Assembly (NCBI GenBank): GCA_046563655.1
Contig: CM102284.1
Location: forward strand, 1,860,001-1,924,000
Reading direction: 5' to 3'
From: Yuukianura sp. NJ FZ-2021
Lineage: Eukaryota
Length of the DNA: 64,000 nt
Shown here: piece by piece, positions 50,719 to 64,000 of the stretch
Numbering within the stretch: position 1 is the stretch's first letter
Layout: every line of letters begins with the position of its first letter
Translations under genes and position numbers: made by a program
The notes under the pieces: model-generated
What the model was told of the DNA's origin: nothing
The model's input: only the letters and a program-made list of their open reading frames with translations
Database searches by the model: none

Positions 50719-51664
50719 ATGGCGTTACATGAGACAAGCACGAAGGAGCGGTTGCTGGAGATCATTGATGACATTGACATTGCATCCAGGTGACTTTTCT
50801 GGCTTTGAGTAGCAGATTATAAATAATGCTGGGGTTTTGAACAAGCATTGATTTATCCAATTCCAAACCGTTTTGTTTAGGGAGCTGTTTGATAAAATGG
50901 TGACGCATAAAGCGGATAAGCTATCCCCAGCTGAACAATCGCAGCTTATTCAACTTATCATGAGCAAAAATGAAGATTTTAAGGACGTCTACGAGGTTCT
51001 TCAAGATATAAATAATCTGAATAATAATTTTTATTTAAAGTTTACAAGATGCTTAAAGATGTTGGCTTATGTTTTATTCAATTTTTAGACTGCAACTGAA
51101 CAGGGCGAAATTGAATCCCGGATGGTCACTTTAGCCGAAGAGGTTCGAAGAGAAGATGAGGAGCTTCAGGCCTTGGAAAAAAGTTTGAAAGAAGCAGAAA
51201 CAGTTTTGTCCACGGCCCTATTTCAAGCCAAACAGAAACTGGAACAAATGACGAAGGCTCAAGAACGATCTGTATCTTCCGAGGAACTGATTCGCTTTGC
51301 TCATCGAATATCCTCTACTAACGCAGTAGCAGCTCCTGTCAATTGGACTCCTGGTGACCCCCGTCGTCCATACCCCACTGACCTCGAAATGCGAATGGGA
51401 TTCTTGGGCAAACTGAGCGAACTTCCAGCCAACGCTCACCCCAATGACATGCTCAAGGTCTTCTCCGACAAGGACAAAAATTCCTACTACCCCTTTGGAT
51501 CTAACTCGAATGGACCGACAGAAACTCCTATTCTCGTTTCTGGAAGCTATGTTCATCCGCACTTTTCAACGGCAGTTGGAGTTGATCCGTCGACCCGCAA
51601 TCAAGAAGATGTGGATCTCATGAGCTCGGATTCTTCCTCAACATCTTCTTCTGATTCACAATGA
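50719..51664 (+). CDS. MED4: Mediator subunit 4 (253 aa, 3 exons)
   Basis: Motifs STKERLLEIIDD, LKEAETVLSTALFQAKQKL, VSSEELIRFAHRIS, WTPGDPRRPYPTDLEMR and DSSSTSSSDSQ. Exons 50719-50789, 50881-50995 and 51089-51664. Confidence 0.95.
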
Positions 51665-51793
51665 TCGAGACAAGAACTGTCCAGAGATGTGAGTACAAAG
51701 TGTTCCGTGTTATTTTCAAACTTATCCCTTAATTGTTAATTATATGCAGTATTTAACCAATTCCTTGCTCATTTTTAATTAATAAAAAAAAGT

Positions 51794-52609
51794 TTAGCTT
51801 GAACACCGTTGAGCACAGATAAACGCACCAGCCAAGTGACAGTTCTCGTCAGCCATTTTGTACTCCTTGTCGAAGATTTTGCGACGCAGACCTACACAGT
51901 GCTCGGAGTCCCACAAGTTGTCTGGTTGTCCTGCGGCCCAAAACTGAGTCATGTCAACTTGTGTACCATCCGACATCCAAGAAAACACGCCTTCTTCCAC
52001 AAGATCAACGCCTGACGTCCAGAAAATTACTGGTAGCGGGGAATCTATTACAACAAAACATGTATCATCCGCCACCACAGTTTTTCATACAGTATGAAGA
52101 TCTCTTCTTTTGAAGCTTCTTCTTACCAAAATCTCTCAATGATGATGTCAGCAGAATATAATCGTCTTCGCTCCGTATCGAAACCAATTCACTCCCATTG
52201 CCAAGTGCTTTGCAAGCTCCGTAAGCGTCCATCCACGGCAACTGAAATTCAAACGTTTTAATTTCGTAGTTTTTTTTAAGAAAATTAGAATAAGTGCTTA
52301 CGCGCAGTTTCCGAAAGATTTTAACATTGCATAACGTTGAGGTTGAATTTTGAAAACGGTGGGGAGGTGGCGGTGACGGAGTGGGAGTAGATGTCACTGG
52401 TGGAGGCAAGCCGATTTTGGAATTGTGTGAAGTTCCATGTGGCGGACCTTGGAATTTTGTATCTTTAGTATTTGGTTGTACTAATTATTTCTTCATAAGA
52501 TTAATTAACTAATTAAGTCAATTAATTAACCTCTCTTACTGTTTCTCAGATTGATGGCGAAAGCTGAAGAGCTCAGACAAACGACGGAAATCAAAAACAA
52601 TTTCTCCAT
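51794..52609 (-). CDS. Secreted C-type lectin with QPD motif (4 exons)
   Basis: Signal peptide MEKLFLISVVCLSSSAFA and a Pro/Thr-rich linker. Motifs W.DAYGAC, LVSI, FWTSG, WAAGQPDN, EHCV and C...FIC. TATAAAA on the minus strand at about 52677-52683. Confidence 0.88.
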
Positions 52610-53545
52610 GATTCTCGTTTTCGAAGGACAAAACTGCTTGGAAATTTTCTGATTGCGACTTCGATCTTTCTCTCCGTTTTATATGACTCTTGAAGTTGAA
52701 GATGAAGTCATTGACTTCATTTGCCATCTTAATTAACATCGGAGCTTTTTCCTTACTTGATGTAGGTTTGTGTCAACATAACGTTAACATCAAAGTCAAC
52801 AGTGACAATGCAGTTAAGGAGGTGCTGAAGCTCCAAATAGCGGTTGTAAGCAAAAGGTTGACGATCTTTGCACAACAAGCTAAAAAAGTTCAAGGCACTT
52901 CCGAAAAATTAGCACCTCCTGTGATTTCCTCGTATAGCGAATTTCTCAGTGGTATTTATAAAGAAATTACTTAACTACGCTTTTCAATTGGCTTGTTTCG
53001 TAACTTTTTATAAAGTACAATTTCCATTTTCTAACACTTTCGGTCATCGGTAAAACTTTTTTCATTTGCTGCATCAAAATTTTTTGAGTAGAAAGGGCAT
53101 CCCGAAATAGTTTCACCCTTGCACCGTACTGAATGAAAAGAATTATTCATGAGTAGGATCACCATTCAGGATCAAGCTATTTCTATTAATGTGTAATACT
53201 ATGAATAATGAATAACTATTAGTCTAATTAACTAAATTTACTTAACTACGTTTATTTAATTACTTTCTGGCTAATTGAAGTTACAGTGTTGGACGTGTGT
53301 CCGCATGCGTAGTGTCGGGAGCACATGTGTTGAGTGGTGTGCACTTGTAGGATTCATAAAAAAGTGTCAACTCATTTCTTCCTGCTTTTCGGTTTCTGAG
53401 TTATTTTCGCTAATTTAATTACTAATCAGAGGATACCGGTTTCGATTAATTTTAGAAATTATCGGAAGATTACCGTATTTTTGTTTGCTGAACCAATTGA
53501 CGAGGACATAAATTGGGATAGGAGTGAAACAGCTGATCAGAAACA

Positions 53546-55636
53546 ATGGAACAAACGGCAACGGTAAGATGAGATTTAACAAAATGTTTATTTGATTTGA
53601 CCTTCGGTTTCAACTGGTTTGTCATGATGCAAATACTCATTCTTTTCCTGTTTTTAGAAACACAAGAAGGGGTCCAAGGAAAAGGGGGGCGAGCCAATGC
53701 CAATGTCAACTGGAAGTGGAGAAGTTGTCAAGATGGAGGTTGATTACTCGTCCACTTGCGACGAATCGCTACCAAAACTTCATCAAATGGCAAAAGACGG
53801 CAATTTAACCCAAGCATTAACGGATCTCCTTGCTCTGGAAAAGCAAACTCGAACTGTAAGCTTTGTTTATAACAAAACTAGCACATAACTGCCTAATGAA
53901 GTAATTAAGTTAATATGTCTTGCTCTACACGTTTTACAGGGTGGTGACATGCTTTCAACCGGCCGTGTCCTCGTCACCATTGTTCAGGTTTGCTTTGAAG
54001 CAAAGAATTGGCCAGCCTTAGTTGAGCATGTGACATTGCTAAGTCGTCGTCGTGGTCAGTTGAAGCAAGCCGTCGTGAAGATGGTTCAGGAAGTCTGTAA
54101 CTACATCGATGCTCTACCGACGAAGGAACTTCAGTATGAGCTTATCAACACACTTCGCAACGTTACAGAAGGCAAGATTTACGTCGAAGTGGAAAGAGCC
54201 AGACTTACGCTCAAACTGGCCCGAATGAAGGAGGCAGAAGGAAATATCGTGGAAGCAGCTAACGTCCTCCAGGAACTTCAAGTAGAAACATATGGATCCA
54301 TGGAGAAGAAGGAGAAAGTAAGTTAATATACTAGCATGAAACTCTACAAATGTTGACACATTTAACCCGTCTGTGTTTACGTTTTAGGTTGAACTGATTT
54401 TGGAGCAAATGCGTTACTGCTTGGCAAAGAACGACTACATTCGAACCCAAATCATTTCGAAGAAGATAAACATCAAATTTTTTGAAGATGAGTCGACACA
54501 TGAACTCAAGATTAAATACTACACGTTAGTTAAAAATCTAGACTTGTAGTACTGTATTTGTGCTAAGTTTTGCGATTGTTAATATTTATGCATTTCCTAT
54601 GTTATTTAGCTTGATGATTGAAATGGATCAACACGAAGCCTCTTATTTGTCAATTTGTAAGCACTACCGAGCCATTTTGAACACTCCTTGCATTCAGGCT
54701 GATGAAGAGAAACGTCAAGAGGTTCATCGTCACGTCGTTCTCTATCTAATTTTGAGTTCTTACGACAACGAACAGTCGGATCTCCTTCATCGCATCTCCG
54801 AAGAAAAGGGACTTGACAAAATTGAACCGTACAAGTGAGTTTTCCACCTCTTTTTGGCCACAACTGAAACATCTGAGTAAATTGAAACTTTTCTTTTTTG
54901 CGTAGGCGGATGCTGGAGCTTTTCAAGAACCAGGAACTGATTCATTGGGGCACTCTTTGCACCAACTTTGAAGCTGAACTGAAGTCAAAGGACGTATTTG
55001 ACCAAAGTCCATTCGGTATCAAGCGATGGGCAAATCTCAAGAATCGTGTTGTAGAACATGTAAGTCATGTAACTCAAAATCATTTTTACAGAAAAAGTAT
55101 ATCAAAATTAGGAAAATACAGCTAAAAGTCATAGTTGATAATGAAATGTATAATGAAAATCATTTCCCGTATGTTTTCTAGAACATTCGTATCATGGCTA
55201 AGTACTACACTCGGATCACTCTTCAGCGCATGTCCGAGCTGCTTGACCTTGGAGCAGACGTAAGGAAAACGTTCATGTCAATTTGAAATTGGAACACCAC
55301 TAATGCCCGTGGTGTAATCCTAAATCTCTTTTTTTACAGGAAGTTGAAAAGATGTTATGTGACATGGTCGTGGGAGGTACAGTTGCGGCTAAAGTTGATC
55401 GTACAGCAGGGATCGTGTTCTTCCAGGATTCAAAGGATCCAAATGACATGCTGAACGACTGGTCGCACAAGGTCAACAATTTGATGAACCTCATTGCTCG
55501 TACGACCCATCTCATCAACAAAGAGGAAATGGTTCAGAAGCACTTGCTGGCTCCAACCCACGGTTCTGCTGTCCCGTCACGAGAAAAACTTACTGAAAAA
55601 CCCGGCGAGGAACCAAAACCAATGGAAGTCAACTAA
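53546..55636 (+). CDS. PSMD12: 26S proteasome non-ATPase regulatory subunit 12 (Rpn5), about 8 exons
   Basis: Motifs [64 protein letters not shown] and THLINKEEM. Confidence 0.96.
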
Positions 55637-55840
55637 ACGTAAGCCAAAAATCACAATTTTCTATCATCTTGTGGCTTGTGCAACTGCAACAACCCGAATA
55701 ATTCTAAAAAGTATTTGTATCAATTGAAATAATTTTTTGAGCAATTAAAAATGTTATAAATTAACTTTTTTTTTACTTGGTTTTTGTACAACAAAGTGTA
55801 AAATGTTCAAAATCCTCAGAATTAATTAGAAACTTCTCAA

Positions 55841-58800
55841 TTAATTCGACCCATCATCCTCTCCCCCTGACTCCCACTCGACTTCTGATTCTGACCCCGA
55901 CTGTTCCTCTGATTCTTCGGATTCGCTCTCTTTCTTTTTCTTTTCCTTATTTTTAGCTCCTGGTGGCCTTCCACGCCGACTTTTAGTGACTCCCTTGACA
56001 TGAACAGTTTCCATGTGATATTCCAAGTGACACTTTCTATAAAATCCGACCGAGTTATTTGGACAAATGGAGCAGAATACGGTGTAGTTTTTGTCATGTC
56101 GTCGGAGATGTTCGCGTAGGTTAAGGTTCGTGGTGAAACTTTTGTCACACCGCGTACATTCAAAAGGCTTTTCGCCAGTGTGACTTCTCATGTGGGTCTT
56201 GAAGTACTCTGAAATAAGAAGGAAAAAACATTATCTCCCAACGCATGCGCACAGTGCTTTCAAGAATTAGTAAAATATCACGCATATGAGGTTTCATCTA
56301 ATGCACATGCTCAACGGTTTCTTAAAAATTAACTTGCAGTATTCAAATTGGTTAATTACCACTTCGTAGGAACTGCTTGTCGCATATTTTACACTTGAAC
56401 TTGTCATGGCTCAGGCGATGTAACTTGACAGCATCCGAAGTCATTCCAGGCTTGAAACAGAGGTCACAGAAGAACGGATTGTCAATCACAAATTGGTCAT
56501 GATGCTTCTTGTACATGTGGATGTGCAGTTGTTGTCTATTGCAGCTCTTTCCGCAGTATGAACAATTCACTTGTGTATTGTAAACCCGGGTCTTACTTCG
56601 AACACTCTTCTTCCGTACTCGATTTGGTCTGGGTCTATGATTGTGCCGAGTATGGTCACCCAATAATCCTGTCCATAAAATTCTTGTGAAAATGTGTCTC
56701 AAAATACATGAATTTGTCGAATATTGAAGTGACACTAACTAATTGAGTTGTTCCTTACCAATACTGGCAAATTCCTTTCCACAGATTTCGCACATGCACT
56801 GCACTGTAATAACATGACAGATGGAGAATTAGCTTACAGAAAAGTATTTGCAAATATTTCTGACTGTTTGAACTTACTCAGTGGTTGGTTGAGATCGATT
56901 TTGTGCAACATTTCATGTTTTTCTAAAATCTTCTTATATTGAAAAACGTCTTGGCAGAAAGAACATTCATATTGACCAGGAGTAAACGCAGCACTTTTAT
57001 GCAACTCCTGAACATGTCTATCCAGGTTACTTCTCTCCGCGTACACTTTGTCACATGATGAACATGGAAATGGACATGCGTTGGTATCTGAGCGATGAGA
57101 TTCAAAATGCTGTAGAAGGCATTCCTTTCCTCTGTACATTCCATTGCAATCTTTGTAGTCGCAGAGATACATCGTCAAAACGGTGGGGAAAGTAGACCGA
57201 AGAGACTCGTCCAGTTCCAAATGATGCCGCATATGCCGATTGTATCGGAATTTTCCTTTGTACACTCCGGAGCAAATATCTACAAAATGCCAAAAAATCT
57301 CAAAAATTCATGAATCCTAACCAGAGCAATTTAAGTCAATTACCACAATGAAACATGGGAGTAGATTCCACGGTGTAACTTTTGCCCAATGTACTGAGTC
57401 CGTTACCACTAATTCCATGGTATCGGAACTGATGGTTGTAGAGTCCACGACCTTCAATAAAACGAAGATCGCAGACATCGCATTTGAAAGGCTTAGGTCT
57501 ATTCCCCTTGTGACATCGCCCAATGTGAGCTTGAAGCGTAAGTTCTGATATACAAGCTCTACTGCACCCCGATTCTGGACATTTCAGCCTTTTGTCTATT
57601 CTGACTCCACCCCCTCGGTTTCCACGGCCGGAAACTTGCTCCGCTGCATCTGCATTTAGACAAGAAAATTCAAGATTTTTAGCACGAAAAGAAAGTTCAC
57701 GATTTTGGGCGGGAAAAAATTTGTGTAATTCGAATTTTTAATTACCCGTTACTAAGAAAACACTCAGATCAACTACGTGAAGTCTATGGTGCTTCTCAGC
57801 CTCGGCGGTCGTCTGAAACGTTTCATTGCAGTAGGGACATTCTCTAAGGCCTTTTCCATGTACATTCTGCGCATGTAGATTGAGACTCTGTTCTTGAGCA
57901 AACATTCTCTTACAAGCACAACATGTGAAAGGTCCCGTCGGACAGTGAACTTCGTCAACATGTCGTCGCAGGTTGTCTGCTCCTCGAAAAAATGTGTCAC
58001 AGCCGTCGAAATCGCACAAGTACATGAGCAGAAGTTGAACGCCGTCAAGGTCATGCGTTTTTTCCGTCGCAGTGGGTTGAGATTGAGAACTGGAAGTAGC
58101 AAGGTCAGTTGATTTTTCAGTCGTCAATGCTTCTGAACTGGCGACATCAAGGCCACAAGTTGTTTCAGTTGCCGTTGGTTGGGAATTGGCGACATCAAGA
58201 TTGAGCCCACGGTCACCTGTATCTTCCGTCGCAGTTGGCTGGGACCTGGCAGCATCACTGTCAGTGTCACCGGTTGTTTCCATTGCAGTTACTTCAGAAT
58301 TGGAGGCAAGATGCGTTCGAACGTGAAGGTTATAAGTTCTACTCCCCACAAACACATCGTTGCAAAAATCTAAAAAAAAATTTCCTTTTAATCACCAAGA
58401 ATCGTCATATTTTGATATTGAAAAATAAAATATAAAGTAGCATACCACAATGGTAGTTTGAAGTTACATCTAATTCACTGTTGACGAAGTTTTTGAGGAA
58501 AACGGCAGTTGAACATTCACGCGACATGTCATGGATTCTTTCACAGTGGCGAGAGTACTCCTGGAGGTACGGAGTGGCATACCGACATTCTGGACATTTG
58601 TACGGGGCTACATTCCCTCTATGGGTTCTTTCAAAGTGTCCAAACAGAAACTCCCGCTTCGTAAATATTTGATGGCACGATTCCACTGCACATTGATTAT
58701 GTACTCCTCCATGCTCTTCAACTTGATGTTCAATCATAGCCCATTTGTCAGGGAAGGAAAGGTCGCAGAGGTCACACGGAATGTCTGGAGCATGGACCAA

Positions 58801-61800
58801 TTGCCTATGTTGTCTGACGTCATCTCTCCTCGGAAATGCTTCATTACACTGTTGACATTTCCACCGTGTAGCAGCTTCCGGATCATCTGGAAATCTAGGT
58901 TTCTTTATAACACGTCGCGGTGAACTTTTTTGCTTTCGTTTTGAAAGTTTTTCCTCGTCTTCATCATCTGTACTGGAAGATTGCGAATCTTCTTCATCTG
59001 AGCAACTTAGAGGAAATGATGTTTCCTCATACGCAGTTTGTGTTTCAGACGGTTCGTTTTTGTCGAATACGTCCGATTTTGAATCGTAAATTTTGATAGT
59101 TCTGGGCTTGCTTAAACTCAAACTTTTGCGGTTCGATGTCCGTCCACGTCTCACTGATTTTTCGTCATCTGATGGCTGCCAATCAGAATCCAGATTTTGA
59201 GTTTCAGCTTCTGGTTCTGGTTCCGAATTTTCTTCACTTTCCATTTCAGGTTCAATTTGAGGTTGGATTTTCCGTTTGATCAAACGCCTTGCACGAGCAC
59301 TACGCCACAAAATTTCTGATTCAGTTGACCTTTCGACCTCGCCGGAGGTTGATGCTGATTCTTTCAAGCTGCCTACAGTATTTTTCGACTTGATTGTTTT
59401 GACTACTACTTCGCCACTTTCTCCCAAAGGTTCCGCAGCATTCTGCTTCAGTTTGGTCGAACGTCTTCTTGCACCACGCCCAAGAATTTCTGGCTCATCT
59501 GACGTTTCTTTGACGTTATTTGACGACAGGCGTGACTCTGAAGATGGTTTGTTGCTTGTTTTCTTTGTGTTACTTTGTTCTGCAGGTTCGGGTAAGAGAT
59601 TTACTGCTGATTTTGCAGAGCGCTCACGTTGACGTGATTCCGCTGTTTTCAATTGGTTAGATTTTATCGAATGGGAAGCGTCTGAATTAACTTTGTTCAA
59701 ATTTGGTGGCAACTTTACAATCATGACGAAGGCAAAGGGAAGATCCTTGATCATTTGTCTCGTTTTCGAATTCGGTGTAATTCCGCTGAGCAGATGTTTG
59801 CTGACTCGTTGTTTCATTTTGGAAAACGACTTGTTTTTTGATAAATTCTTCACGGTTTTCGCTGTTGAGGATTGGTTTGATTCTATTGTTTGCGGAGGTT
59901 TTTCATCAGCGGAAGATCCATTCTGAGAAATCTCATCCGAGTCAATAATAGCAATTCCATCTTTCGTCTCGGCGGCGACGGAGCCAAGATCGACTTCTGA
60001 CATGTCAAATATTTCAGGAAAAATTGGTGAACTTTCTTCTGCTGATGAAGCTGGGTTTGGAAGTAGAATTTCATTCAAATTGACTGGCCGAATAGCGTCA
60101 GTCTTCCATCTCTTAGGAATCGGCACTTCACTCATAGGGAGTGGATTTTCCACGAAATCGAAATCTCTAATATCATCGTCAGCATCTTCTGGAAGTGTGT
60201 CAAGGAGGTCAGCATTACCGGAGTCCTCGATGTTGTCATTCGGTAGTATGGATACTACTGGTAATGCTGGTACAACTGACGCTGTTTCTGGTTGGTTCCC
60301 TGAGCATAAAACAGTTCATGATTATTAAACCTTAAGTCCTTTTAGTCATTCAACAGCGTCAAAGCGCTTGAAAATTAAAAATGAACTCACAGATACTCAT
60401 GTGTACGATTTGAAAATGCCTCAACAACTGCTCTTGATTTGCGAAGTAGCGTAGACAATAGCTGCATTTCCATTCAGTGTTTTTAATGTTTCTACGCCTC
60501 TGGCTGTTACAGTTTTGTGACGGAATACTGCGACTGAGCAGTAGCACGTCCTCATCTCCACCTAAAACACGAAAAATATGCATTAACTTGTGCTATGTGC
60601 TTGTTTGTAACGTTGGGTTTAAGGGGATCCAGATGGCATGAGAGACAAAGAAAGACAGTGTGAAAAAATGAAGAACCGACTGGGACTCGCACACGCATCT
60701 CTTCAAACTGGGAAGCGCTCTAACCATTGAGCTATCGATCCTAGTCACGCCCATGCGTAATAGAATCAGAAGGCTCTGTCCTTCCACACACTTCCATAAT
60801 TGGCGGTTGGCAGTGGGACTATTGCCAAACGCCACACTTACCAATAACTGTCGGTCTTCGGGCAGTAGAAGTACTTGGTACTGCTGCGTTTGGTAACATT
60901 GGTGCAACCGTCCCTGTTTCTGATTGGTCCCCTGAACAAGCCAGAACAATTCATGATTCGAATTTGAAGAGTTATTAACTTAGTAATTAACGATTACCAA
61001 TTAATTTGACATTCGTGAGCAATGTTCTAGATGTCGCGGAGCCAGTAATCAGTCTTTGTTTTTCCGCTAAATAATCGTGTTCTTTCTTAGCAGCTTCTCG
61101 TAGTCGCTGTCTTGTAAGCCGACTCCATTTCTTCCATTTCCTCTGAGCTGAAAATATTTCAAGTACTAATAACATTCTACGCAAAAGTACAAGATCACAT
61201 TTCTACTTGTCTTTTAACTGTTATTTTAGTACTCCAATTACCACTAGAGACCGAGTTGACTTCTCTACAGTCTTCTGTGTCGCGTGTAATTTCTTTATGA
61301 CCTTCAGTCAAAATTTCATGAACTTCCGAATTATGATTCTTAACTAGCTTGACAGCTATCTTCTTGACAGGAAGCCTGCAATTCTCAATGCTGTATTTCG
61401 GTAACACGGATATTGGTAATACTGGTGCCACCAAAGCTGTTTCTGAAGGCCCCCCTGAAAATATCACAATTCATGCTATTCAATTCACACCATAATTGTG
61501 TCACCCGTCGATCGTAAGGAGTATTTAAAAAACATTTTTGTTCTACATTTATATGTGCAAAACCAAATAACTATTCTTAAAAATTCAGTTAAAATAAAAG
61601 TTAACGACTCAAATAACAACACTACTGGTATTGGTACATGCTATTGCTACACTGCTTCGTCAAAGCCATTTGAAATGAGAATACAATAATACAAAATGAA
61701 CTCACCGAGAGACGGTGCGTTCGAATGGGTTTCAACATGCTTCAACAAGTATTCCTGATTCATGAAGTAACGTGAACAGTAGCTGCATTTCCATTCAGGT

Positions 61801-63905
61801 TTCTTTTTCTTCTTCACGTTTTGCTGCGGGGGCATACTGCGACTGAGCAGTAGCTGCTCCTCGTCTCCACCTAACATGAAAAATGCCCATCAAATCAATG
61901 CATCAAATGCTTGTTAGCACATTACACATCACATCACATGTGTGATGTGTTAACCTACTAAAAGCCTTACCAATAACTGTTGGCCTTCGTGTAATAGAGG
62001 TAGTCGGTGTTTCGGATACTGGAAGTGTTGGCGCCACAACCTCTGTCTCTGATTGGTCATCTGAGGGGTTCAGAACAATTCATGATTACAAAATGTGTTA
62101 TGTGTTTAAGTCAATGCTTCGAGCTTCAAATTTAGAATCTTCGCAAACTTCTTAATTAAGCCTTACCAAATATTGCAAGATCGGTGAAAGCTGTTGGAGA
62201 CCCACTAATTATTCTTTCTTTTTCCGCTTGCCAAAGTTGTTCCTTCCTCGCGGCTTCGTACAGGCGGGCTCTTGCACGACGTTTCCGAATTGCATCAGGA
62301 GTGTTAGAGTAAGGTTTCCTCCATTTGTACTGGACTGAAAATATTTGAACATTCTACACAAAAGTTCAATTCCAAATAGTTATAAACAAAAGTTCAACTT
62401 TCCATCAAATTACCCTTCGGTGCAGTACTACTCCAATTACTGTCAAGGACTGAGTTGGCTTGCCTAGTGCTGTTTGCATCTTTTGTAACTTCGTCAGCTG
62501 TTTCTTCATTATTAGGATGAATCTGCTTCAAGTGGCGTTGGAGATAAGCATTCTCTGGAAAAAAGACAGAATTAACCTTCGGCATTATTTTTTAAACAGC
62601 ATTTAGAGAAGATGAGAAGAAAAACTTTATGTAGACCATGAGGAAACTCATTACCATGAAATCTTCTCGGACATAGGTGACACTTGAATGTATACACATG
62701 TTGCTCAGGGTCAATTCCGTGTGCTTCCTTTCGGTGAGCCACAATTTCTTCTGCCAACTCAAAATTCAAGGCACACAAGTTGCATCTGAAAATCGGTTTC
62801 GAAATGGATGAGAGACCAATAAAGTTTGGATTCTTGTATTTGCTAACAATGTCATCTTCATTCATTCCAGAATCAGCTTCAACTGTTCCCTCCTCCGGCG
62901 ACGGATCAGTCACATGACTCTGATAATGTAATAAAACATCGTCTCGTGTTGAAAGTTGTTTTAGACAAGTCTTGCAATAGAATTCTAACTCTTGGTTGAT
63001 GATAACCGAGATTCCTTCTGTGCTTTGAGATTTTCCTTTAAAAAGAGTTTGATCGGACTCCAACTGCTGGTACCTAAGTCTTCTAATTCTTTTGGCTTCT
63101 AAATCTGATGTCTCAATAACGCCTTCAGCAACTGGAGGAATTTCTTCTTCAAAAGTGTCCAAGGTAGTTTGCATCACAGTAACATCTCCAGTAGGGTCTG
63201 GCCGTGTTTTCGGTTTTTGAAGAGCAGAGTAGTTTGCTGGATTCTGTCTTAGACGACGCACTGTTTCCCGCTTGTGGTCACCCACGACTTCGACGATTGG
63301 ATCCCCAACTTCCATTAATTGCTTATCCAAACTCTCTTTCAACTTCCTACGAACTTTTCCGACTTTGCTTCCAGGCGTATTGTGTGAATTCATATGGACG
63401 GTATAGGCTCTCAAGCTAAAATTATGAAGAGAGCAGAATGGACACTTCCATTTCAGATGGGTTTCGTAGTGAACGTCCAGAATTTCCTGCGTTTCAAAGT
63501 TGGCGTAACAAGCGATGCAGTAGAAAGGCCGAAGAGCCAAGTATTTGTCGCTGTGTGCCAAAACGTGATGCTTGTTTCTCATCATGACACCGCAAAAGAC
63601 TTTTGTGCAGTAGAAACAGTTGAACCGGTTCGTGAGGAAAGGAGTACCACTGTGTCGTTTTAGGTGAATATTGAGGGTATGGAGTGTTTTGAAGCGACGG
63701 TCACAGACGTGACACAGAGTCCCATGTTCGTAAGTGTGGTACCTCAGATAGTGAACGTGGAGTCGAACTTTACTTTCACACTTTTGCGAGCAGACGAGAC
63801 AGCCCCAAATAAGACTCTTCTTATACTTTCTGGTGAAACTGTGCACATGAGCGACTTTGCGATGTTTGTGCAGCAAGTTACCATCAGAGAAAACCTTACC
63901 ACATT
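55841..63905 (-). CDS. Very large multi-C2H2 zinc-finger protein whose 5' end lies beyond the window
   Basis: Many CxxC..HxxxH fingers, a terminal HTGEKPFEC and an AT-hook-like RRGRPP. One finger spans the 62655/62554 splice junction. Phase-1 junctions link the exons from 62554 to 60300. It could still be two genes. Confidence 0.8.
60270..62480 (-). repeat. Degenerate intragenic tandem duplication (about 1.15-kb four-exon unit, two copies) in the zinc-finger gene
   Basis: Paired exons: 62167-62334 with about 60998-61147, 61971-62060 with about 60842-60931, and 61706-61870 with about 60392-60560 (GGDE..LLLSRS.P...EWKCSYC.RYF.NQE.LL.H). Confidence 0.85.
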
Positions 63906-64000
63906 CTGAAATTACGAAAAAAAAGTAACACCTGATTAATCATAACTGTTAGCTCATAATAGCTAGCTCATAATATGGACAAGTTAGAAGCTTACCGTCG

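Overview
AT-rich, gene-dense eukaryotic DNA with short GT-AG introns (mostly 55-110 nt). The gene content (an intronless divergent ionotropic receptor, a GR/OR-like chemoreceptor, a plant-like gulonolactone oxidase) suggests a basal hexapod such as a springtail; this is inference only. About 23 protein-coding genes were reconstructed by hand. Recognisable genes: aldehyde oxidase, L-gulonolactone-oxidase-like, PAF acetylhydrolase, FATP, MFSD11, CAAP1-like, MED4, C-type lectin, PSMD12 and a large C2H2 zinc-finger gene. There are also several MITE and Helentron-like insertions. Best leads: (1) five secreted, predicted coiled-coil proteins of 122-145 aa with identical 3-exon structure, four in tandem and one 25 kb away, with no family I recognise; (2) two adjacent, intron-containing transposase-derived genes (Merlin/IS1595-type and MULE/SWIM-type), both with degenerate catalytic motifs; (3) a plant-type gulonolactone oxidase that has lost its conserved His residues; (4) a spliced 76-aa transmembrane microprotein that the ORF track misses. 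No CRISPR, rRNA or tRNA was seen. All exon models and homology calls are by eye, with no database search.
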